From: a virus
Taxonomy: Duplodnaviria > Caudoviricetes
DNA: 64,000 bases
IMG/VR virus record: IMGVR_UViG_2895427314_000003
Coordinates: 24,745 to 88,744 of that record
Reading direction: 5' to 3' (one strand)
Shown here: piece after piece, positions 46,118 through 54,329 of the stretch
Numbering within the stretch: the first letter of the stretch is position 1
How the letters are laid out: the number at the start of each line of letters is the position of its first letter
Position numbers and translations under genes: made by a program
The notes under the pieces: model-generated
What the model saw: only the letters and a program-made list of their open reading frames with translations
Told to the model about the DNA's origin: nothing
The model's database searches: none

Positions 46118-46515
46118 CCGAGTGGCTGACACCGGCGGTCATCACCCTGCTGGCCGGAGGACTGATGTCAGCCCTCGGAGTCCTCGTCAAAGCCCGCATC
46201 GACCTGCGGAAAGCCAAACTCGACGAGGAACGCCAGCCGGTAGAGCTGGAGAACGTGTTCATCGGCGGCGCCGAGAAAGCGGTGGCCGCTTTGCAGGTGG
46301 CGCTGGACCGCGCCGAATCCACGATCAACCGGCTCGAGCAGGCGCTGACGGAACGCGACCAGAAGCTGCAGGAGCGGGATCAGCGGATCGCCGAACTTGA
46401 GCTTGAGGTGACCAGGACGCTCGCCAGGCTGGCCAGGCTGCAGGAGCAGTGCGAAAAGCTCCAGACCCGCCTCGCCGACCTGAGAGTTGACCCGCGTGAG
46501 GGGGAGACCTTCTGA
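46114..46515 (+). CDS. Single-TM coiled-coil protein of lysis module
   Basis: GGGAGG RBS, TTG start, N-terminal TM then long heptad repeat. Confidence 0.75.
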   Translation: MTEWLTPAVITLLAGGLMSALGVLVKARIDLRKAKLDEERQPVELENVFIGGAEKAVAALQVALDRAESTINRLEQALTERDQKLQERDQRIAELELEVTRTLARLARLQEQCEKLQTRLADLRVDPREGETF

Positions 46516-47315
46516 TGCCGTACCTGACGCAACTCGCCAAGGTGGCCCGACGCACGGGCTGCCCGGTGACGGAGGTGAGCGGTTGGAAGACGCGCGGCCA
46601 CGGCCCGTTGACCGAGGTCGATGGGGTGGTTTGTCACCACACTGCGGGCTGGAACGACATGCACGTGGTCCGGGACGGGCGGCCCGGTCTGGACGGCCCT
46701 CTGTCGCAGATCTGGTTGAGGCGTGACGGGCGGATCTTCATCGTGGCTGCGGGCCGGTGCTGGCACAACGCGCCGAGCCTGTCGCTCGGCCACACCAACA
46801 GCCGGTCGATCGGCATCGAGGCCGAGAACGACGGCAAGGCGCCGTGGCCAGCGGTGCAGCTCGACGCCTACAAGCGGCTGTGTGCCGAACTGTGCCGCGA
46901 GTTCGGGCTGCCGGTGTCCACGGTGAAGGGCCACAAGGAGGTCAACGCCTCCAAGCCCGACCCCCACAGCATCAACATGAACGCCTTCCGGAAGGACGTG
47001 GCCGCCCTGCTGAAGGGCGAACCCGCGGCGCCGGCCGACACCTCATGGACGGAGACCCTGGTGAAGGACCTGCCCCTGCTCCGGCCCGGAGACGACAACT
47101 ACGACGTCAAGACGGCACGGCACCTGCTGCGCTCCCGCGGCTACCTGCCCGAGACCGTGTACGCCGGCGCGGGGCTGGAGTCCTGGCTGGACCGCACCAG
47201 GTACGACGACGAGTTCGCCGGCCTCATCAAGGGGTTTCAGAAGCTGAAGAAGCTGGACGCAGACTCGCTGATCGGCCCCCAGACGTGGGCGGCGCTGGTG
47301 CGAGTCGCCTCGTGA
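46515..47315 (+). CDS. Endolysin: N-acetylmuramoyl-L-alanine amidase (Amidase_2) with peptidoglycan-binding domain
   Basis: VVCHHTAG, CWH, SIGIEAEN, GHKE..KPDP, L.PGD...VK..FQK...L.AD..IGP.TWAAL. Confidence 0.92.
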   Translation: MPYLTQLAKVARRTGCPVTEVSGWKTRGHGPLTEVDGVVCHHTAGWNDMHVVRDGRPGLDGPLSQIWLRRDGRIFIVAAGRCWHNAPSLSLGHTNSRSIGIEAENDGKAPWPAVQLDAYKRLCAELCREFGLPVSTVKGHKEVNASKPDPHSINMNAFRKDVAALLKGEPAAPADTSWTETLVKDLPLLRPGDDNYDVKTARHLLRSRGYLPETVYAGAGLESWLDRTRYDDEFAGLIKGFQKLKKLDADSLIGPQTWAALVRVAS

Positions 47316-47537
47316 GCGACGGCCTGTGGCTGCGCTGGTGGCACACCCTGTACCCATCCTTGCTTCCGCGGCATCCCGAGCCCGCGGACGAGGGCACGCC
47401 TGAGCGCGTGCCGGGCCTCTTCGACGAGGCCAACTGAGCGAACTATTTCCAATTTTCGGAAAGAGTTCGCCCCCGAAGCGCCCCGCCCGATGCGGAGGCG
47501 CTTCTTTCATGTCACCTCCCTGTAGGAGAGCATCCTC

Positions 47538-48080
47538 ATGCGTCTCAACAAGAGCGCGCTTCTGTTCGCTGCCGTCGTCGCCGCTGCTGGCCTCGCGGGC
47601 AGCCCGGCCTCGGCCTCCAGTTCCGCCCTCGATCTGCCTGTGGGCGCGCTGACGATCGTCGAGGTCGGCACCGACGCGATGGGCAGCGACACCTTCGCGA
47701 ACCGGAACCGCGAGTTCGTCACCTTCAAGGTCACGGGCGGCGGCCCGGTGGACATCGATGGCCTGGTGGTTCAGGACAACTGGTCGAAGAACAACGGCAG
47801 CCCGCACACCTGCAACAAGTACGTGATCACCGGCCTGCCGGGTCAGGGCTCCGCCGCCTTGCTCGCCGCGGGCGAGACCGTGACCGTCTACAACGGCTCC
47901 CGGTGGGGCGGCAACTACAAGGACGGCTCCGCGTACCGGCTGTACGCCAAGAGCGACGTGGACTGTGGCGCCTCCGGCCACTTCCTGAACAACGACGCCG
48001 ACTCTGTCTGGCTGACCTCCGGCGCCACGCAGGTGGCCAGCAAGAGCTGGGACTGGAACGGCGGATACACCGTCAACTAG
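47538..48080 (+). CDS. Secreted lamin-tail-domain-like protein
   Basis: Signal peptide ending ASA; N.EFV.F......VDI.G..V.D...L.AGETVTVY.G...LY...LNND.D.V.L. Confidence 0.7.
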   Translation: MRLNKSALLFAAVVAAAGLAGSPASASSSALDLPVGALTIVEVGTDAMGSDTFANRNREFVTFKVTGGGPVDIDGLVVQDNWSKNNGSPHTCNKYVITGLPGQGSAALLAAGETVTVYNGSRWGGNYKDGSAYRLYAKSDVDCGASGHFLNNDADSVWLTSGATQVASKSWDWNGGYTVN

Positions 48081-48089
48081 GAGGTCGTC

Positions 48090-48443
48090 ATGCAGTTCAA
48101 GCTGTTCGGCCGCGACCCTGCGGCCATCCTGTACGGCCTTCAGTCGCTGCTCGCGGTGCTGGTCGCGTTCGGGACGCTGACCGGTGACGCCGCCGACTAC
48201 ACGATGGTGGTGGCGAACGGTGTGATGGCGCTGATCGTGGCGCTCACCACCCGCCCGGTCGTCGTCGCCGCCATCACTGGTGCCGCGCAGACGATCCTGA
48301 CCGGGATCGTCGCGTTCGGGCTGCCCGGCCTCACCTTCACCACGGAGCAGCAGGGCGTCATCGTCGCCGCCCTGTCTGCGGTGCTGGGCCTGATGCTGAG
48401 GCAGAACCAGGAGCCGAAGGAGACGGCGGTCACCAGCGCCTGA
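48090..48443 (+). CDS. Holin
   Basis: MQFKLFGRDPA.. start typical of actinophage holins; multiple TMs. Confidence 0.8.
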   Translation: MQFKLFGRDPAAILYGLQSLLAVLVAFGTLTGDAADYTMVVANGVMALIVALTTRPVVVAAITGAAQTILTGIVAFGLPGLTFTTEQQGVIVAALSAVLGLMLRQNQEPKETAVTSA

Positions 48444-48474
48444 TCCTGTCGGTCCCGTTCGTTAGCGTGGCGGG

Positions 48475-48645
48475 GTGGATCGGTGGATATGGGTGTCCCT
48501 CACGTACGCAACCTTCGCGGTCGTCGTCAGGGATGGCCGTGTCGTCGATGCCGCCCCGATCGCCCGCTGGTCCATCGGTAAGCCGGAGCAGCGGGTGGCC
48601 GACTACTACAAGCGGAAGGGCGCGGAGTTCGTGCCGCTACCCTGA
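48475..48645 (+). CDS. Small hypothetical protein (56 aa)
   Basis: Translated by hand: VDRWIWVSLTYATFAVVVRDGRVVDAAPIARWSIGKP...; below ORF-track cutoff. Confidence 0.6.
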   Translation: MDRWIWVSLTYATFAVVVRDGRVVDAAPIARWSIGKPEQRVADYYKRKGAEFVPLP

Positions 48646-48873
48646 CAGTGTGGTCTCGCCCCGGTATGGCCGGGTGCCGGGACTGCCCCGATCCCGGAGC
48701 ACGACAGAGCCCGAATCCGGGATCCCGTAGGCCTGCCGTCCCTGTTGGCGGTAGGAGCCGGTGAGAGGTCCAGGGCGCCCTCAACACCCGGCGATCTCGC
48801 CTTGAGCCCCCGCCATGGTGCGGGGGCTCTCGTGCGTTTCGAGGCCAGCCAGGGGCGCTACGGTGCCGTCTGG

Positions 48874-48991
48874 ATTGGGAGTCCAGTGCCCGACTGACCG
48901 CCCAGGCCAGGGCGGCAGGGACAAGTGGGCTGTGAAGGGTGGAGAACCCCGGGGCCTGATGTCTCGGTTAGTAACTCGCTGGACTCTCGAT
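48874..48991 (+). ncRNA. Candidate structured RNA (unknown family)
   Basis: 15-bp closing helix 48874-48888/48977-48991 with three G-U pairs, enclosing internal hairpins. Confidence 0.4.
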
Positions 48992-49063
48992 GAGGGCCGG
49001 GTCATCCTTCGGGATGGCCCGGCCCCTCCTCCTCGTCGAGGAGGACGTTAGGAGGATGGCGAG

Positions 49064-49267
49064 ATGGAGCACCAGCCACCCACTGTCGTCAGATGGCATG
49101 ACGGGCGCGACGTGTACGTCTACCCGGACGGGGTTCGCCTGTACGTTGATGAGGTCCAGGCGATGCTGGCCGGCGCGGAGGAGCGGCGCATGCAGCAGCT
49201 CACGGTGGACGACCTCGACGAGGTGAGAGCAAAGATCGAGGAACTTCGAGCAGCACGGGAGGCGTAG
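49064..49267 (+). CDS. Small hypothetical protein
   Basis: AGGAGG upstream; coding-like composition. Confidence 0.7.
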   Translation: MEHQPPTVVRWHDGRDVYVYPDGVRLYVDEVQAMLAGAEERRMQQLTVDDLDEVRAKIEELRAAREA

Positions 49268-49416
49268 TGGCGAGAACCGCTCTGGACTTCTACGAAGACG
49301 AAGACCCGAACGAACTGCTGGCCATCTTCGACGCCAGAGAGAACGGCGTCACCACCTGCCCGACGTCGGCGCTGCCGCACATGCTGCTGTCTCCTACGGC
49401 TACCGAAACAAGCTGA
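49267..49416 (+). CDS. Small acidic protein (49 aa, MARTALDFYEDEDPNELLAIF...)
   Basis: TAGTG 1-nt overlap with previous gene. Confidence 0.55.
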   Translation: MARTALDFYEDEDPNELLAIFDARENGVTTCPTSALPHMLLSPTATETS

Positions 49417-49471
49417 TCACACGTATCGTCAACCTCAGGCCGGTCCCCTCGGGACGCCGCTGCCTGGGCTT

Positions 49472-49509
49472 AGAGGCCCTCGCTCTCCTCCGGGAGGGCG
49501 AGGGCCTCT
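49472..49509. terminator. Bidirectional intrinsic terminator
   Basis: 17-bp stem agaggccctcgctctcc/ggagggcgagggcctct between convergent genes. Confidence 0.75.
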
Positions 49510-49524
49510 TCGGATTGTCGGCCC

Positions 49525-50121
49525 CTACTCGGACTCCGCCACGAGTCGCTTGAATTCGGCCCAGAATTCCGGGCTGCTGTTCGCCTGCAGGCTTCGTAGC
49601 GCTGATGATGCGTTGTCGAGGCGGACAGGGATGCGGCGCCGACGGAAGCCGGCCGCGACAGCAGCCGCGTGGATCGACTTCTCGCCGCGCTGTACGGCTT
49701 CAAACTCTTCTGGCGCCTCTGCTGCCAAACGGGCTGCCGTGTATTCGGTGGACTCTCCCTGGATGGAAAACCCATTAGATTCTAATGGGTTTTCTGCATC
49801 AGCTCTGGGTCGGCCTGGCGTGCCCGCCTTGGCCTCGCGCAGGAGGATCAGGAGATCGGGATCGTCCGTGCCAACGATGCGATCGATTAGCTCGATGGAC
49901 GCGCCCAACCCTTCAGTGGCCGGCGTCGTGACGAACTCCATGAAGCTCTTGAACATCACCACGGTCCTGGATTTGACGTCGTACCGCTCCCGCCATGCTT
50001 CCGTCTCCAGCAAGCGCTTCAGGAGCCGCGGCACGTACGCCAGGCCTGATTCACCGTTATGAACGGCGCCACGAAGGTCCGTTACGAGGTGGTCGTGTTC
50101 CACCCGCGGATCGACCGTCAT
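49525..50121 (-). CDS. Putative DNA-binding protein coupled to the HNH-helicase
   Basis: ATGA overlap; FMEFVTTP..EGLG, PGRPR AT-hook-like, RL....PE.F..V.RGE.SIHAAA..AG helical motif. Confidence 0.8.
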   Translation of the reverse strand: MTVDPRVEHDHLVTDLRGAVHNGESGLAYVPRLLKRLLETEAWRERYDVKSRTVVMFKSFMEFVTTPATEGLGASIELIDRIVGTDDPDLLILLREAKAGTPGRPRADAENPLESNGFSIQGESTEYTAARLAAEAPEEFEAVQRGEKSIHAAAVAAGFRRRRIPVRLDNASSALRSLQANSSPEFWAEFKRLVAESE

Positions 50122-52010
50122 TCGCCCTCCCGTGCGCCGGGAGCTACGCCGGTGGCCAGCCACTGCTTCGCGAACTGCAGACGCCTCTCAAGCTGTTCCT
50201 CGCTGCACTGACGGACTCCCCGTGACACGGGCACGCCAACGAGCTGGTTGAGGCGCCCGTTCACGGTGCCGTAAGGGATGCCGTAGGCACGCGCGACCCG
50301 CTGCGCGGCGGTGTTGTTCTGCTTCTTCAGCTTCTCCTTACGCTCGAACGGCGCGTCGGCGGCCTCCGAGGGGGGAACGGGCTGGGCCGTTGTGAAGGTG
50401 GCGCCTGCGTTGCGCAGGAGCTTGGCCACCAACGCGGTCGGCATGGCGGTGGTTGTCGGGTCCATCCGCTTGACCTGCTCGGCGTTAGCCAGCTCGGCCG
50501 GCGTGATGGTGTCGGAGTCGACGATGACGCCCTCGTCCGTTGGCGTCGCCGAGATGGGGGAAAACAGCGAGAAGAGCGGCTGCTCGCCCGACGGCCCAGA
50601 GCTTTCCCCGCCCGAGTCTCCGAGCAGTTCGGCGTCCTGCTGGTCGAGGATGTGGTCACGCTGTTGCTTGATCTGTGCGGCCATGGCCCGCAGCCTTGAG
50701 TCGTCGGGGATGTAGAGGTAGGCGGTCGGGTCGTCCTCGCCGGGGCGGATTCGTACGAGCCTGCCGACGACCTGGCGGAAGAACAACTCGGTGATCCACG
50801 GTGTGGCGTAGACGCCGACCCGGAGTCGGGGGATGTCCACGCCTTCGCTGACCTTGCGTATCGTGACGATCCACGGAGCGGTCGACGACTTGAAGGTCTT
50901 GATCCGGCCGTCCGCCTCCGGCTCATCGGAGATCGCGAGAACGGGCGTCTGGCCTAGCGCGGTGAGCAGCTTGACCACTTCGCGGGCGGTGTAGGAGTCC
51001 TCGCAGAAGACGATGCCGCCGGCTTCGGGGTCGCTGGTGCGCACTTCGGCGAGCTGCGTGTTGGCCTCTTTGAGGACGGATGGCAGCCATTCGCCGGTGG
51101 GCGAGAGCGCGGTGCGCAGCCGGTGGGCGGCGTCGCGGTCATTGAGTTCATCCTCGAAGGTGGCGCTGCGGTTGGCGCCATTGGGAGCGGTCCACTCCAT
51201 GAGTCCGCCGCGGCGGGGGAAGAAGACGGCACGGACGACGCCGTCGGCCAGAGCCCGGTCGTAGCCGTAGCGGAAGTCCGGCGCGCCAACCCCGTCGACG
51301 TAGTTGACGAACGGGATCTCGTCGTTGTCGGACCGGAAGGGTGTGCCGGACAGCAGGAGCTTGGCCACGGCTGGCTCGAAGGCGGTTCGTGCTCCAGCGC
51401 CCCAGGCGCGCTCTTCTCCGCCGCAGTGGTGGATCTCGTCGAGGATGACCAGCGTCGGCTTCTCGGAGACGAGCTTGCGGTAGATCTGCGGCTGCTTGGC
51501 GATCTCGGCGTAGGTTGCGGCGCACCCTTGCTCGTCAGTGGCGAGGCGGCCATCGGCGGCGTGCCAGCCGGGGTTGATGCTGATGCCCTGTCTGCTGAAC
51601 TCTTCGGCCCATTGGCTTTCGAGGCGTGCGGTCGGTACGGCGGCCACGATGCGTTGGACGCGCCCCGAGGCGAGCGCTCGGCGGGCGATTTCGATCGCCA
51701 GCCTGGTCTTGCCTGCGCCCGGGGTGGCTTCGACCAGAAAGCCGTTGCCTTCGCGCGGAATCCACAGGGTGTACTCCCTGAGGGCGTCCTCCTGCCAGGC
51801 CCGGAGCTGACTCATGCGATCCCCCTTCTGGAGATTGCATTCGGGACACAACGCTTCCCCGTTGCTCACGTCCGTTGCCCCTCCGTGGGAGTAGGGCATG
51901 ACGTGATCTCCGTGCCAGCCCGGCTGGAGATCGACTCCGCAGCGACTGCAGCGTCCATCGTTGGCCAGGAAGAGAGCGGCCCGTTGGGATTGGTTGAAAC
52001 GGCGGCTCAT
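50118..52010 (-). CDS. HNH nuclease fused to superfamily-2 (DExH) helicase
   Basis: CSRC..HGDH..P...GG.T...N...LC..CN..K then ATPGAGKT, LDEIHH, LSGTP, SEGVDIP, QVVGR. Confidence 0.9.
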   Translation of the reverse strand: MSRRFNQSQRAALFLANDGRCSRCGVDLQPGWHGDHVMPYSHGGATDVSNGEALCPECNLQKGDRMSQLRAWQEDALREYTLWIPREGNGFLVEATPGAGKTRLAIEIARRALASGRVQRIVAAVPTARLESQWAEEFSRQGISINPGWHAADGRLATDEQGCAATYAEIAKQPQIYRKLVSEKPTLVILDEIHHCGGEERAWGAGARTAFEPAVAKLLLSGTPFRSDNDEIPFVNYVDGVGAPDFRYGYDRALADGVVRAVFFPRRGGLMEWTAPNGANRSATFEDELNDRDAAHRLRTALSPTGEWLPSVLKEANTQLAEVRTSDPEAGGIVFCEDSYTAREVVKLLTALGQTPVLAISDEPEADGRIKTFKSSTAPWIVTIRKVSEGVDIPRLRVGVYATPWITELFFRQVVGRLVRIRPGEDDPTAYLYIPDDSRLRAMAAQIKQQRDHILDQQDAELLGDSGGESSGPSGEQPLFSLFSPISATPTDEGVIVDSDTITPAELANAEQVKRMDPTTTAMPTALVAKLLRNAGATFTTAQPVPPSEAADAPFERKEKLKKQNNTAAQRVARAYGIPYGTVNGRLNQLVGVPVSRGVRQCSEEQLERRLQFAKQWLATGVAPGAREGE

Positions 52011-52318
52011 CCGCACGCCTCCCCCGAAGCATGGCGCGGCGGCGTCCCCATTAACGCACAGTGAACCGCGCGGATCCGTGAGCAGAAGCGTGCCCTATTC
52101 GAATCCGCTGCGTAGTGATTCAGCGCCTATTGCGAAGAGTTCTCGCATCAATACGGACAGCGATTACAGCACCGTGAAAGCGCCATCCAAAGATCATTGT
52201 TATGAAGATGATGGCAGAGTGTGATGCGGATCACTTGAATGCGCGATGGATTCATTAGATGATGCCCGCTTTCACTCGTTTGCCCTCATGTGATGGAATT
52301 CTCCACAGTCGGTTGACA

Positions 52319-52471
52319 TCACCCAACGGGATGCTCTCGAAACAAGTCCCGCACGGCCTGGCTCGCCTCGGGCGGCACCTCCTCCGTGGCGAGGATGTGC
52401 TCCTCCATCTCCCTGCGTAGCCGTACTTCCGCCAAGCGCTGCTCAACCTCTTCCGGGTCCATGGCCGACAT
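52319..52471 (-). CDS. Small acidic protein (about 50 aa, MSAMDPEEVEQRLAE...)
   Basis: Translated by hand; GGTGAGG RBS. Confidence 0.5.
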   Translation of the reverse strand: MSAMDPEEVEQRLAEVRLRREMEEHILATEEVPPEASQAVRDLFREHPVG

Positions 52472-52542
52472 CCTCACCCCGGTACGTGATCACCCGCAGC
52501 GATGTCCGTATCATCCCCTCGAACCACTATCGGGGGAGCGTC

Positions 52543-52860
52543 ATGGCGGATCGTGAAGTACCGAGTGACCTGCTGGAACTCAAGAAGGAGTTCCTCAAGG
52601 CCGAGGCGGAATGCGAGAGGATCAGCAGGGCGCTGCCATCCAGCGTCGACGTCGTAGCGCTCGAAGCAGAACGAGACACCGAACTGGAGCAGCAGCTCAA
52701 CGAGGCGCGGGCGTGGAGGCTGAAACTGGTGGACGCCATCTACCGGCGCCCGGCCATGGCGAAAGGCGCGGAGGACCGGCTCAGGACCAGCCTGGGACTG
52801 ACACAGGCCGCCAAGGACGCCCTCGCCGCGGAGGCTGGCGACGGGTCCCCGCCCCCATGA
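52543..52860 (+). CDS. Helical hypothetical protein
   Basis: GGGGAG RBS before ATG 52543. Confidence 0.7.
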   Translation: MADREVPSDLLELKKEFLKAEAECERISRALPSSVDVVALEAERDTELEQQLNEARAWRLKLVDAIYRRPAMAKGAEDRLRTSLGLTQAAKDALAAEAGDGSPPP

Positions 52861-52985
52861 CAACGCCCCGGCTGTGGGGAAGCAGCCGGGGCGTTCCCAC
52901 ATACCCCCCACGGCGCGGCGGTCCGCCGAGAAAAGCAGGGAACCTCGCGACACCAGTGCGACACAGCGGTGCTCCACTGACCGGC

Positions 52986-53183
52986 ATGACGAACACCTAC
53001 GAGATGCCAGACGGCGGCATCGAACGCGTCGGCGGCCACCCCGTCCTGCACGACGAAGCGGAAATCGACACCGCGTTCGCCGTCCGCTCCCTGCTGGAGT
53101 CGCAGTCCAGCGCGGAGGCGCGGCACCGTGTTCTCGCGTGGGTGGCCGCGAGCACTCTGGATGAAGACTCCACCCCAGTCTGA
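52986..53183 (+). CDS. Small hypothetical protein
   Basis: ORF between two related hairpins. Confidence 0.55.
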   Translation: MTNTYEMPDGGIERVGGHPVLHDEAEIDTAFAVRSLLESQSSAEARHRVLAWVAASTLDEDSTPV

Positions 53184-53190
53184 ACAGTCA

Positions 53191-53231
53191 GACGCCCCCG
53201 GTCATGGGGAAGCGACCGGGGGCGTTCTTTT
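53191..53231. terminator. Intrinsic terminator between convergent genes
   Basis: 13-bp stem followed by CTTTT. Confidence 0.7.
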
Positions 53232-53242
53232 GTGCGCAGACG

Positions 53243-53515
53243 TCAGTAGATCTGCATGAGGTGCCGGTCCTCCCCGCCGATGCGGACCGCCGCGTCACGG
53301 TACTCGGGATCAGCCAGCCTGTGGCGGTTGGACTCGGGTTCCAGACTGACGTTCTCCGTGTTGAGCAGGTGAAGGAGGGCCGCGTCTACCTCGGCCCGCG
53401 TCCACGCGCCCAGCCTGGCGCGGATCTCGTTCAGCCGAACCCAGTTGTTCTGTCGCGGGGCTGCCCTGTACGCGGCGATGATCTCCGCTATCAGGGCCCG
53501 GTCCGGGCGGCTCAC
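53243..53515 (-). CDS. Winged-helix-like small protein
   Basis: WVRL.EIR..L....RAEVDAAL..L....V.L.PESN...L......AAVRIGGEDRH. Confidence 0.7.
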   Translation of the reverse strand: MSRPDRALIAEIIAAYRAAPRQNNWVRLNEIRARLGAWTRAEVDAALLHLLNTENVSLEPESNRHRLADPEYRDAAVRIGGEDRHLMQIY

Positions 53516-53823
53516 GTGTTCACCGCCTCTTGTGCCTCCCCGGTGGATCGTGTGGCCCCTGATGGGTTGACGGGGATCACCTTCACCTTGCTAGAGGGTG
53601 GCACTCCGTGTGCGTCCGTGTCTGTCTCGATTTCGACGACCACCAGCGGCGGCCCGTCGTCGGCGGTGTGGTCCACGTTCAGGATGAGCGGCCAGCGCCC
53701 GCCTGCTCGCGGTGGGTGCCAGCCGTTCATGGACACCAGCCGGTACATGCTGCCGCCCCTATACCGCATCTCCAGCTCGGACGCCGGCATCGTGATGGTG
53801 ATGTCCTCCGCCATGGAAGGCAC
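53512..53823 (-). CDS. Hypothetical protein
   Basis: GTGA overlap, GGAGG RBS. Confidence 0.6.
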   Translation of the reverse strand: MPSMAEDITITMPASELEMRYRGGSMYRLVSMNGWHPPRAGGRWPLILNVDHTADDGPPLVVVEIETDTDAHGVPPSSKVKVIPVNPSGATRSTGEAQEAVNT

Positions 53824-53920
53824 CTCCTTGTAGGTGTGGGAAGGGAATGTGGGCCCCGGCCGCGAGGTTCGGGCAGCCGGAGCCGGATGGGTGGGACACC
53901 CTCAACGGGTGTGGGATTAG

Positions 53921-54130
53921 TCAGTCGTTCACCAGCGAGAACGGGGGACGACCAGTGCCGGGCTTCCACCGGCCGACAACCAACTGCTGCGCGTTCGGGT
54001 ACTTAACCCTCCTGTCGATGACGACGTCACCGTCAGGCAGGAGGCGTACCTCGTCGGGGCGGAGGTTCTCTTCCGGGTACTGGTCGATGAACCTCTGCTT
54101 GATCTGCGAGGTCTCGTCGGGGCGAGTCAT
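53921..54130 (-). CDS. Small hypothetical protein
   Basis: ATGA overlap with upstream gene. Confidence 0.6.
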   Translation of the reverse strand: MTRPDETSQIKQRFIDQYPEENLRPDEVRLLPDGDVVIDRRVKYPNAQQLVVGRWKPGTGRPPFSLVND

Positions 54131-54288
54131 CTGCGTCCTCGGAACAGCGCCGTGAGCAGCGTGTGCTCCTGCTCCGGTGTGGCGTCGGCCCATGTGCGCC
54201 CGTTCCACACCCACGCGGCTGCGGGCTGCTGTCGTGGCTGCTGTCTGCGGGTGTACAGCCGGTTCCTGTCTTGCTTCCGTTTGTTCAT
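54127..54288 (-). CDS. Small basic hypothetical protein
   Basis: AAGGAG RBS before ATG 54288. Confidence 0.55.
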   Translation of the reverse strand: MNKRKQDRNRLYTRRQQPRQQPAAAWVWNGRTWADATPEQEHTLLTALFRGRR

Positions 54289-54329
54289 GCCGGTTCTCCT
54301 TGGTTGGTTGCCGGATGAGATGGCTGTGC

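Larger units (their letters stand above)
1..49416 (+). mobile_element. Temperate siphophage/prophage: early accessory genes, packaging, head, tail and lysis modules; left end lies outside the window
   Basis: Canonical order HNH-terS-terL-portal-minor head-scaffold-capsid-connectors-tail tube-chaperone frameshift-tape measure-Dit-Tal-endolysin-holin; dense overlapping (ATGA/GTGA) small ORFs. Confidence 0.95.

Noticed and set aside
48956-48976. CTGATG followed by stems, resembling a hammerhead ribozyme core
   Set aside because: Reads CUGAUGU rather than CUGANGA, and no GAAA/NUH elements in the right places.
52519-52534. TCGAAC upstream of 52543 as an SOS box
   Set aside because: Right half-site (ATCGGG) does not match GTTCGA.
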